A stretch of 64,000 nucleotides of DNA from positions 714,096,958 to 714,160,957 of the forward strand of contig NC_133617.1 in the NCBI RefSeq assembly GCF_048593235.1, read 5' to 3'. This DNA comes from Sminthopsis crassicaudata (taxonomy: Eukaryota). Below are positions 49,469-61,175 of the stretch, piece after piece. The translations under genes and the position numbers were made by a program. The first letter of the stretch is position 1, and every line of letters begins with the position of its first letter. Below the pieces are notes generated by a model that searched no databases, was not told the DNA's origin, and saw only the letters and a list, made by a program, of their open reading frames with translations.

Positions 49469-49890
49469 CTAAAAATTAAGATAGACGAAGTCATAGATTA
49501 TTAAGTTTTGATATTTTCTGATGGATGTGTTCCTTACTAGAATCCTAAAGTGGAGGCAATTTAATGGGCAATTGCACTAATATGTATCTCCAAGGTCACT
49601 AAAAATCTGACATGACACACTATTGCAAATGGAAAGAGATTCAGTTGGCTGCTCAACATCTACAGCTAGAAGAGGTAACCCTCACTGACGAGATAAATGA
49701 AACCTGGACCTGCCTCAGAGCAACAAGATCCCTGTGATATTACCAAAGGATCTGACAACAAGAACAAAAAAATTCACACAAATGCATTTATTTATAGAAA
49801 TCTAAACCCAAATAATCACATGAGACCAACTCTGTGATCTTCATAAAAAAAGAAACATGGCAACCTTGCTTCCAAACACCATGGACTTAC

Positions 49891-50077
49891 GTGGCTTTTT
49901 TGTTGTCACGTTGACAGTCACACTGTAGGGTCCAGTTCCAGCAGTGTTGTAAGCCTTGACAGCCAAATGATATAAAGCACTGCCTTTCAAATTGGTTATT
50001 TTCGTTGATGTTTGATTTCCAATTGTTCTTATTTTTCTAGCATTCTCTTCTTTATCATCATGACTCCAATATTTGAC
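49891..50077 (-). CDS. CNTN4: Contactin-4 coding exon (FN3 domain 3, second half)
   Basis: ttttcccag|GTC...CCA C|gtaagt; 187 nt; [62 protein letters not shown]. Confidence 0.95.
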
Positions 50078-50601
50078 CTGGGAAAAAATGACAGAACAGT
50101 TTAGGAATTCAATCCCATCACAAACATTCCAAATGCTTGTGTTGATTAATTAAGCTGGAAGTCGTCCTGGATGTCATTTTCTAAATGGAGCTCTTCATAG
50201 TTTTGGCTTTTCCAATAAAACACATTTCTTCCTTGGATTCATCAATTTAAAAAAAAGAAAGACTAACTTTTGTTCATTTCCCATAATTGCATTGTATTTT
50301 AAGAAGGAAAATTGGACAAGATATAATATCTGGCTCATTAAATCTTCATGCAACATAGATATTCTCATGCCATTTTGCCAATGAATAACTGTATATGTAT
50401 ATATGCACACATATGTATATAATGCATAAATAGCTACTGAAAACCAGCATTAACATCAATATTGCATGAATGTTTTCATGGTTCTATCTACCTCCCAATT
50501 CCTCAAAGGCAGAATGCTGCACTAATGACCTAGTAAATAAGTTCTTCATATACAGCGGTGTATAGCATTGTGTTAAAAGCAGCTCTAATGAAAACTGAAG
50601 C

Positions 50602-51258
50602 TTTCATATTTGGAATTATGCTCAAAGGGCTATAAAAGTAGGTGTATCTTTTGATTCAGCAATACCACTACTAGGTCTATATCTTAAAAAGATCCAAAAA
50701 TGGGGAAAAGACATATTTGTACAAAAATATTTATAGCAACTCTTTTTGTGTTGGGTAAGAATTAGAAATCAAAGAGATTTCCATAAATTGTTTAACGGTT
50801 GAACAAGTTGTGATATGTGATTATAATGGGATGTTATTGTGCTATAAGAAATTAAAAGCAGAATGATTTCAGAAACACCCAGAAAGACTTGCATGAACTA
50901 ATGCATGGTGAAGTGAACAGAACCATAGTAACAGCAATATTGCATGATGAATTGTGAATGACTTAGTAGTCAATACAATGATCTAAAACAATCCTAAAGG
51001 ACTAATGATGAAGCCTATGATCTGCCTCCAGAGAAAGAAATGATATTGATTGAATATAGACTGAAGCATGCTCTTGTTCCCTTTCTTTCATTTAAAAATA
51101 TTATTTGAATCTTCTTGTATAAAATGACCATGGAAATATTTTACACAATCACACATGTATAACAACTATCTGATTGCTTAGTCTTCTAGGGAAGGGGAGG
51201 GGAGGGAGAGAAGAATAGAATTTGGAACTCAAAACTTTAAATAAAATTTTTTTTTTTA
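50602..51258 (+). mobile_element. 5'-truncated L1, antisense to CNTN4
   Basis: ORF2 C-terminus and 3' UTR; 11-bp TSD AAAA(C/T)TGAAGC at 50591-50601 and 51259-51269. Confidence 0.85.
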
Positions 51259-51389
51259 AAAATTGAAGCACTCATCTGGGCCATTAAAACATGTATTCCT
51301 AGGTTATCTGTCTGCTCATCAGATGTCATATAAATTTCTCACTTAAAGTGACCTATTCACCGGAGTCAAAGCAAATGTGTTTCTCTTAC

Positions 51390-51505
51390 CTCGTAACCCT
51401 GAATCCGTCCTTTACTAAGGGACTCTAGAGGGGAGGACCAAAAAACTTCAATGTCTGTGGCGGAGAGGCTTCTGGCAAAAATGCTGGGTGGTGGTTTAGT
51501 GGGTT
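51390..51505 (-). CDS. CNTN4: Contactin-4 coding exon (FN3 domain 3, first half)
   Basis: ccttccgcag|AA CCC...GAG|gtaaga; 116 nt; (E)[38 protein letters not shown]. Confidence 0.95.
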
Positions 51506-53088
51506 CTGCGGAAGGACATGAAAAAAAGTCTTAATTTTAACTGAAATGATTATTTCTCTCATATGAACAACCAATTATTAAAGAGGAGATCTAGGGTTTT
51601 TTCTTTCTATTTCCTCATTGAAAATTCAATCTCTCAAGAACTTTTCTGACCTTGCCCCCAAATTTACCTCTCCTAGACCATGACTGATTTTAAACCTGGC
51701 TCAATAGAATTTGGCTATCTATATGACTCAATCCTAAAATTAACATCAAAATAGGGAAACATTTCCACTTATTACATAGCTTTGACTCTTTTCTTCTTTT
51801 ATAGCTATTTTTTTGTAATCATTCTATGTGATTGGTATAAACACAATATTACATCTTTTTAGATGGAGCACATTTTAGTCACTATGGTAAGATGCAAGCT
51901 TAAGATTTGAATTATGTAGCCTAGAATTTTAGTGCTTTCAATTTTCAAACTAAATAAGTAGAAATTTAATACTGTTATATGTCTGTTACTAGTTATGTAT
52001 TCCTGTGTAAGATAAGACCTAATTTCTAACAATAGTATGGGGACAATTAGGCAATGATGTAAAGACTTGTGAAACCAGGATATAATGCTGTAATTCAATG
52101 AGGTTAATAGTATAACTGTCTAAATTCTGTATTAATGAAAAGGATTTCATTATAATTATCTCAAAAGAAGACTAGTTGTGGCCTTTTATAAATGCTTAAA
52201 GAGATATTTACTTAAAGAGATCTACCTTTATTAAGGATTATTCATTTGAACATGGGTAGAAATTGAAAATGTTTTCATTATAAACAACTTACTTAATAGC
52301 TACTAATCTTAAATTATATATATTTAAACATTCTATTTCAACATCTTGTGTTACAATTACAATTAATTTTGAGAGAATTCATTAAAGACCATCTAATAAA
52401 AAGTGTTCTGTTATAAATTCCTTAGTGTAATATCACCTTCCTAATGGTCGAATGAACAATGCTAAGTATAAAAATTGGGTTCTAATTCTCAGTTTTTATT
52501 TAAGTTTTTAAGATATATCAACACAGCAGTTTGTTAACCAAGAAATGTAACTTTGCTGGTCTTAAAGATTCCAAATTTAATTTTCTAACAGTAGAGATAT
52601 AAGGTCAGAGATGTCACCAATAGACCTGATTACTGGAAAAATAAACTTAAAATTGTGTTAAGACCAATATTGTAAGAGATTTTTAGCAAACAATGGGACT
52701 TCTACAAGTGACCTCAGGAGAAGCCAGTTATCTGGAAACTGTTCTGGGACCATAGCCTGACCAGTATCAATTGTTTCCAGAGAACCAGTCATTTGTATGA
52801 GATGAGACTTCTGAGCCTTAAGATTTGGTAGACCTGTGAAATGGAAAATTTTATTTATTTATTTTTTCATTTTTGCTTTTTTCCCCTCTTGCACCTTTTA
52901 TCTATAAGCCTACTTACCAAAAGGGACTGTTCCCCTTTGGTCTTGCTGTTGGTCAATCTTTCTCTCTTTTCTCTTCACATTATTTCCCATCATAAGCCCC
53001 AAAGTTCTGATGAAGTATTTGTCATACCAATTAGTGATTCATTTAAAAAGCTATCTCTCAATAGAATCAAATGTGGAGAACGAGAGAA

Positions 53089-54207
53089 ATGATTATTTCT
53101 CTCATATTAAAAATAACCAATTAACACGGGAAAGAGGAATACAGATTTTTTCCCTTCCAAATTCCTCATCCAAAATCCAGTCTTTCAAGAACATTTTTGA
53201 CATATCTTATATGAATCTACTTTAGGTGAATTCTGCCCATGGTATTCTATTCAGACAGGATGGAGTAAGGGTTTAGACTTCCCAAAGTTGGACATGATCT
53301 GGGTAGAGAGGAGTGAGGGTGATATCAGAATTACATAGTCACCCTTCATAGAATAGACCTCTTTAAATTATAATATTCATTATTTCATTAAGTGTTAAAC
53401 AGAGTTGATTTCTGCTTGTTGAGAATACCTACTTTTTCAAGAGTAATTTAAGCATCAAGAAGTCTTCATGAGAAGTATCTGATTTAAGAAAGTCAAATGA
53501 CCATCTTTTTATTAATTATTTGCTATCCACAATTAATAAAATGACCATTTAGAAATTGTATTTCAGACTTTTCATACTTCTATGATAGGCCTACTCTATA
53601 TGTTGCACTGCTCTAAATGGGAAGGACAAAAGCATTTGAGATGTCCATCTCTGATCAGTTTGTTCAGGGACAGATGGCTCTCTTTGTGGATGGAGTTTTT
53701 ATTGAATATACATTTGATTCAGTGGTACTACTTCCCTCAGCTCCATATGATCAAGGGACCTCAGGAAATGATCTATAGGCTAAGCTAAAATACCATGTTT
53801 GTGCAGCTATCAATTCACTTTCAAAAGAGGAGTCCTCCTAGATGCTACCATCCCTGCCAAGAAGATTATTAAGCCTTTAGGGGTTTTTAACTTCACATTT
53901 ATGGATGGATTTCAGGGATTCATGAACTGAGATGGGAAGAAATTTACATCTTTATTTCAATATTAGTATCTTTATTTGTAATCTCATAGATTTTATTTTA
54001 TTAATTGAAAAACATGATTGTGAAAATGCATCCATAGTTTTGTCAGACTCCCAAAGAGTACATGACACAAGAAAGTAGATTCATATAAGATATGTCAAAA
54101 ATGTTCTTGAAAGACTGGATTTTGGATGAGGAATTTGGAAGGGAAAAATCTGTATTCCTCTTTCCCATGTTAATTGGTTATTTTTAATATAAGAGAGAAA
54201 TAATCAT
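53089..54207. repeat. Near-perfect inverted repeat, arms 53089-53223 and 54072-54207
   Basis: Base-by-base comparison: 135/136-bp arms differ by one substitution and two small indels; 848-bp spacer. Confidence 0.95.
53878..54071. mobile_element. hAT MITE lacking its right TIR
   Basis: Left TIR taggggtttttaac; body similar to 1165-1310; ends at gacacaag where the inverted-repeat arm starts. Confidence 0.65.
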
Positions 54208-55098
54208 AATCTAGACTATCATAATATTTTATTATTATATATTATAGTGGATGGAACTTTGGATTTGGAATCATCAGTGTAAAGAATCTGTGAGAACTTA
54301 CTTCTCAGTGTAGATTAGTACCTTCTATGCAAATTTATTATCTTATAGAGATACTCCTGGAAGGTTAAGAGAACAAGTGCCTTACCCAGATTACAAAATC
54401 GCTATATATCAGAGGTATAACTTGGATTTAGATCTCTCCAACTCCATGGCCAGCTTCCTTTCCAATTAGCAACATTGAAGTTATGGAAGCTCATTCCCAT
54501 TTGGGACATTTCTACTAATATTGGTTCAATGCTTTTTTCCCTTTTGAAAATTTTTGAAGAATTACAACAATCCTCTTATTTTAAGTTAGATCTCAGGTCT
54601 CCCAACATAGTGCTCATTACTCTATGCTAAATAATAGTGATAAGGACTAGCTTTGTGATTTACTTAGCTTAGGGAAGTCCCAGGTAAGGAAACTCACTCT
54701 ACCAACATAGGGCAGTGCCTCTTCAACTTTTAGTCTTAGAAAGATGTCTAGAGTACTTAAAGGTTGTGTAGCTTATCCAGGGTAACACATCCTCTGTGTC
54801 AGTAAGTCAGGAATAGAAGTCATGGCTTCAAGGTCAGGATATACTCTTTCCACTATATCATGTCTCTTATACTGCATGACTCTAAGTTAAATTGCTTTGA
54901 ACTTATCAATTTATTTACATGTATACTAATAAAAGTTGTCATTTTGTTGGTTATCATAGAATTTAACTGCCTTTGACTTTTTGATTTAAAAATACAATGC
55001 AAGGTCTTTCATGGCCCAAATCAGGATCAAGCATCAATTATAAACCACTAAAATACTGTCCAGAGAAGGAAAGAGTGCAGCCACATTAAACCATGTAC

Positions 55099-55333
55099 CT
55101 TCTTCTGCAGAATACACCACTGTGACTGGGCTGAAAGAGCCTTCTCCTTTGTTGTTGTAGACTCCCACTTTCACTTCGTAGGGGGAGAATGGAGGCAGAC
55201 TCTCATTCCTGAACACGTATCTGGAGGCATCCGCAGAAGCTAACACCGTCTGCATCCAGCTCACTTTGCCAAAGGGTCGAAATGCTACCACATACCCAAA
55301 ACCACCTCCATTTTGTAATTCTTCAGGGACAGT
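55099..55333 (-). CDS. CNTN4: Contactin-4 coding exon (FN3 domain 2)
   Basis: cttaccag|ACT...GAA G|gtacat; 235 nt; [78 protein letters not shown]. Confidence 0.95.
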
Positions 55334-55459
55334 CTGGTAAGGAAGGGAGTGGGTATTCAGAATTAGTGAGAATCTTTGGGGCTGCTAAATAATTTTCTTC
55401 TTTCCTGGGCATTTTTTAGGGGGAGAGGCAGAGAGTCTTCTCTCACTTTCTTAATATAT

Positions 55460-56340
55460 TATTATTATATATAATTCCTATGTTATCATCATTCATAATA
55501 TATGATTGTATATTTTTATATGCAATAAATTGTTTAATGTCTGCTAAGTTTTAATAAGATATACTAATAGTAATATACTTTTATGTTATATATGTATCAT
55601 ATATAATTTATAATTTACATAATTATAATTTATAATAAAATAATATTAATACACTATAGTATACTATAATATAATCATATTATCATATATAGTATATATA
55701 CATACATTATAGTAATATAATTAGTACCCCATGATATAGTAATATTATTGTATTATAAATTATATATAATACATATAGCCTATTTTAATAACATTATTAT
55801 ATTCTATATGATATGGTAGATAATATAACATATAGCATAGAATAAAATGTCTTAAACTGTAAGTTGAAACCACATATGGTATCGCATGACAATGTGGGAT
55901 TACAAAATTATGATTTATTATTAGTAAATGTTCGCTTTGTATACTTATATTATATACCTATGTACCCAGGATCATGTAAAAATTTCTTGGGCAAAAAAGA
56001 AGTCTTAAGTGGAAAAGTCTAAGAAACTCTGGTATAGAATATACTATACAATATGATATTGTACAACAATATAATAATATACTATGGAATATAAATATGA
56101 TTATATTATATATCTAATACATAATATATTTTAATGATATATTATATTACTATGTACTATAGCATATTAAGAGAAATAATAATTTCTAGTATATTATTAT
56201 TACTAACAACAAAGTATACTACTGTGGCTATATTATTATTAATAGCAATAATATTAATAGTATGTTACTATGAACTAAATATTGCTAATATATTATTAAT
56301 AGTAATAATATACCCTGATATATTATTACTATTATTAATA
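55460..56340. repeat. Very AT-rich TA/TAT/TAA low-complexity region
   Basis: Direct inspection. Confidence 0.85.
55843..56031. mobile_element. 189-bp hAT MITE
   Basis: Degenerate TIRs (taaaatgtcttaaact and agtctaagaaactctg); 8-bp TSD G(C/T)ATAGAA at 55835-55842 and 56032-56039. Confidence 0.8.
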
Positions 56341-57364
56341 CCTAACAGACATGTATCAATTTAAGATTTAGAAAGCATTTTTCTTACAACTCTGTTAGAA
56401 ACATTGTAATACAGTAAGAAGAATAAGTTAGAATCAGAAGTCCTGGGTTCAAATTCAACTTTAATCACTTAGTAATTGTGTGATTCTGAACAAGACATTT
56501 AACCTCCCTTGTTTTTAGTTTATTCCTCTCTTAAAAAACAGAGTCAGTGTAGCTAACTTCTATGGTGTTTTCCAGCTTTCAAGCTCTGACCTATGATCAT
56601 AGGATCTGTCAACTAGGTGGATTATCTATATTTGTTGTATATTTTCTCATTCTCAGAAAGGACCAATGACATGAGTGCAATATCTTGACTGCTAGTGATT
56701 TGGATTTATGTAAGGGCAGAGCTGCATAAAATCATCAGTCTTGTTCTCTCCTCCAGGGTCATTGGAGTCCATTGGCAAAATAAAAGTCAGGATATGGTGG
56801 GTGACTTTAGCCTATCTAAATTATTTTTTCCCCAGGTATCAATAATTTGAGGCAACACTTATTCAATGTCTAAGGGCTAGGGAAAAATTGAAAGAAAAAA
56901 ATGTCCTAGTTTATATCACAAATGTATCAATCTGGGAGGAGGGGGAGCAGGAGGGACAAACCTTCAGAGTTTCTGGCTAGAACAAAAAATAATTGCTATG
57001 TACATTCATTTTAAACCTCAAAACCTAAACAATAAGCAATAATTGCTTGGACTGAGATCATTATTAACCAATGAAAACCAGAGTGATTTGGGTTTAAAGC
57101 TAGTCAAGTAGCTCCATTTGAATCACAATGGAATTTTAAAAAAACCTTTCCCCCCCAAAAAATAGAGTTTAAAAATCATAATGAAAATTGTATAGGACAA
57201 ATAGTAAATTGTCCCAAATTTAAAAAAAAAATTAAAAAATCTAGTCCCCAGTCCTCCAAGTATCTTAGAAAATATGGGAGACCAAAAATTATGTTCTTAC
57301 GGCCAGGGCCCCCACATATAAGAAGTGGGTGTTGCAAGTGGAGAAAAGGACCACATGTAGTGAG

Positions 57365-57612
57365 GAAAAGAGGGAGAGTAAAAGGAGGAAGGACAGGAAG
57401 AAGAAAAAAAAAACAACAACAAAACAAAAACAACAAAAGAAACAAAAGAAGGCCGAGGACAAGAAGAGAAGGAAGAAGAAAAAGAAGAAAGAGGAGGAGG
57501 AAAAAAAGGAGAAGGAAGAAGAAAAAGAAGAAAGAAGAGGAGGAAAAAGAAGGAGAAGGAAGAAGAGGGAGAAGGAAGAAGAAAAAGAAGAAAGAAGAGG
57601 AGGAAAAAGAAG
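57365..57612. repeat. GAA/GGA-rich polypurine repeat running into a gap (57613-57746)
   Basis: Includes a 42-bp direct repeat at 57511-57552 and 57571-57612. Confidence 0.9.
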
Positions 57613-59312
57613 NNNNNNNNNNNNNNNNNNNNNNNNNNNNNNNNNNNNNNNNNNNNNNNNNNNNNNNNNNNNNNNNNNNNNNNNNNNNNNNNNNNNNNNN
57701 NNNNNNNNNNNNNNNNNNNNNNNNNNNNNNNNNNNNNNNNNNNNNNAACTCTGCATCCGCAGGCATCTGCTACTACTACTCATAAAGTTGCAGTGACATT
57801 TAATACAAAATATTCTTTTAAAAACCTGGTTCCCTTCTTCCCACAAATACATAAAACATCCATGGGAGAAGTAAACTTAAATTTAAACCATAATAATAGT
57901 GAAGCACAAATTCTAGAACCAGATGATGTATGAATTAACCTTCACTTTATAGATGAGGAAACTGAGGTTCAAGGTGTTAAGTGACTTGCTAACTCCATAA
58001 CTTAAACCAAAACTACTTCTGTTAGCACAGTGAGCAGGAAAAAGAAAAGAGAACTGACAATAGAAGAGACCTTAGAAACCATAAAGCCATTTAGCATATG
58101 AAGAAATTAAGACTTTACTTTCATTATTATAAAAAAGGAAAGGAAAGGAGAAAAAAAGAGAAGGATTTGGACAAGAGACCTCAGACAACCTTTTTAATTA
58201 AATCTCTGACCCTATGTCCTAAAAAGTACTCAGGTTTGTAGTGACTAACCAGAAGGGGAAAATAGCGGACTTCTGATTTCTTTTCCATGGCTTATTCCAC
58301 TAGACAACATTGGGCATAAATGCACATTTTCTTAAGGTCCTTTTCAAGTTCTTGATTTCTTTGGGGCAGATCTCGATTTGACCATGTAGCACATATCTCT
58401 CCTCAGCATGCATTAAATAACAATATCCAACAGATTCAAAAAATACTTGGATAAGGAGAATCCTGATAATACTCCCAGATTGGGGAACTCAATGTGTGAA
58501 AATTATTAGGGGAGTTTCTGGTGCTTTGATGGATAGGGCAAATCCCATCACATCCTATTTTTGCCCAAGAGTCCTAGGTGTAAAAAGCAAGGCTGTTGCA
58601 ACTAAAGAATTCCCTGATTTAATGTAAACCAAAGAGTGGTTGGTTTCCTAGTTTTTAGGGCTGATTTTTAACTCAGTAGTTGAAATATGTAGCTAGAGGG
58701 TGAATGATTTCTATGGCTACTAATGATGCTGTCCCATTGGATAAATGGAGGATTTTAATTTCTGGGGCTGCTGTCTGGAATCCTTCAATGGCATTGAAAA
58801 CCCTTTAGAAAGCCCCTTTAAAAATCAATTTTTAATAAATTGGTGACTAACCTTCCTCCAGGTTTCTTAAAACATTCCCTCATAACTGATGGCTGGGGCA
58901 GCATTAAATTTTCCAATAGTAAATGGCTAGGAAATCATGCCAGTATGCCAGATCTATTGCTCACCTTCATTTTAATTCAATCTATCACATAGCAATTCAA
59001 GAAGAAAAGGAAAAAAAAATGGTTTTCTCAGCATCAGTTTCCGTTAATATTTTTCCCTTGCATTTCTCCCCCCTTACTTTTGTGATTGTTTTTTTTCATG
59101 ATGAATGATTTTAAAAGACTTGCTTCTACACTTGCTTGGTCAGGTGCAGTCTTTTTTGCACTGACCATTAGTGATATGTCAGGGAAGCTGAGATCCTCAA
59201 GTGCCCTTTTAGCTGGCTGGCACAGAGGGGTTGAGAACTTGACGGCAATGCTTTGCAATGAGAAAAATAACACAATAGCTCCAATGTTTCCTTTGCCCTG
59301 TGATTCATTTAC

Positions 59313-59383
59313 CTCCCAGGTTATGACCAGCTCAGATTTGCTGCCTCCACCTCCACTGACGTTAGCTGGGGTGACTTCAGGGA
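59313..59383 (-). CDS. CNTN4: Contactin-4 coding exon (start of FN3 domain 2)
   Basis: ttctgcacag|TC CCT...GAG|gtaaat; 71 nt; (L)[23 protein letters not shown]. Confidence 0.95.
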
Positions 59384-59714
59384 CTGTGCAGAAGACAAAA
59401 AATAAGTTAGGGCACAGGGAAAAGAACCGAGTTCCATGAAGGTCAGCCAGTTTATGTGACTCACTTCAAACAGTTAACAGATGCATGTATGGTAACTCCT
59501 TGAACTTCCACTGCAGAGACCAGAGACTTGAGTCATTAAAGGATGGCTTAGGGCCACCATTAGAAAATGAAATGCGCCAAGGAAATCGCCATTAATTACC
59601 TGTTTCCAATTTTACAAGGTACAGATGTTTGTTTGATATGTCTGGTTGAAAATTCAGTGTTGTCTCAAGAGCCTGAGTGGTTCCATGTGATGAGGAAAGG
59701 ACTGAGATTCAGGT

Positions 59715-60030
59715 TCTCATTAAGTAGTTAAGCATTTATTAAGCACTACTAGCACTGTGGAGGTTTACAAAAGAAATGGAAAAATAGAGGCCCTGCCCTC
59801 AAGGAGCTTACACTCTAAATGGGGTGATGGGACATATATATAAACACCCGTTACATGAGATCCATCGCAAGACAACACCAATGAGGTCAGAATGCTACAG
59901 TACAGATTGAATGGGTAAATGCAGCAGGGTTCCATAGTACAGGAATGATCAGAGTTAGGGTGGGATTAATCAGGGAAGACTTCCTGAAGAAGGTGAGTTT
60001 TGAGCCAGGTCTTGAAGGATGTGATGGACA
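59715..60030 (-). mobile_element. L2 3' fragment
   Basis: aagcatttattaagcact...ccctgccctcaaggagcttacactcta...ggaagacttcctgaagaaggtg. Confidence 0.65.
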
Positions 60031-61025
60031 GGGGTTGACCACTGACTCACTGGGTTTAATCTCTTTGGACCCCCGTTTTCTCTGTAAAAGAGGGGAGATG
60101 ATACTGGTTTCCTCTTCCTCAGGATTATTGGGAGGAATCAATAATACTGATAAATAAAAATTCAAAGTCAATACTGTAAAAAATAAAAGCGCACATGACA
60201 AGAAGATGATTGTGTTACATGAATGGTCGAGACAGGAATTAAATAAATTTGGTCCCTGATTTGGTGGGGAGAGCTGTACATTTCCACCTGCACAATCCTA
60301 ATGAAACAGACCATGGCAAGATTCTACGAGCACATATATAAAATAGTCCACGGTCTTGAGCTCTTCAATGGCCTGTTGGGACCCATGTGGAGACACATAG
60401 CTCAATAAGAAGTCACATATGGAGTCCTGATTCATTTCTTTTCTGCTCACTCCTTGACCTCCTAGGGATGGCCCCATGAACCAGGGCTGCCTCAAGCTGA
60501 AAGTCAGATGTGAGCATATAGAAAACCAAGCTGAACTGCCGACTGAATTGACAGAATGTTTTGATGCCTTCTTCCCTGGGAGTAGCTTATGCACTAAGAA
60601 AATGTCAGTAAAAAAAATATCTGTAGAATTGTTATTCCGTGGCATTAGTGCTTGTGAGGAGATGACCTTATTTGGATTAGATTTTGTTTTCACCCTGATA
60701 GAAGGATGTTTGAGGCTAGAATACAGGTGAAGAAACGAGTCAGCGCTTCTGGGAGGAAGGCCAATAATAATGCATCTGCAAACATAGCCATAGGGTGATG
60801 TCTAGTGAAACATGGGAATAGAACACTTGCTCTGAGACCTCATTTGCTCCGCTAAGCTGCTTCCTGACTAGCTTGCTTTCTGTCCATTATAATCTCTCAA
60901 GGGGAAGGTGAGCTAACACAGTGCCTCATTAGAGCCAAAATAAATAGAAAATTGAACACCTTTCCCCCAGAAAACAGACTAAGAACACTTGAAACACTGG
61001 ATTAGCAATTCTGGGTGCTACTCAC

Positions 61026-61175
61026 GGGCTTCCTCGGTTCTTCGTTTCTCTGAAGGTCGACTTGGCTCCCCAATTCCAATGGTGTTGGCTGCAACAGCAC
61101 GGAATTCATATTCAACCCAAGGGTTCAGGCCCACTACAGTAGCAGTGAATGTCCTCCCATCGATGAGCTCTGGGA
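61026..61175 (-). CDS. CNTN4: Contactin-4 coding exon (FN3 domain 1, second half)
   Basis: gctttcag|TC CCA...GCC C|gtgagt; 150 nt; (V)[49 protein letters not shown]. Confidence 0.95.

Noticed and set aside
57176-57852. ORFs of 155-196 aa
   Set aside because: GAA-repeat and N-gap artefacts
59086-59439. 117-aa ORF antisense to a CNTN4 exon
   Set aside because: Overlaps the exon on the opposite strand; no independent support
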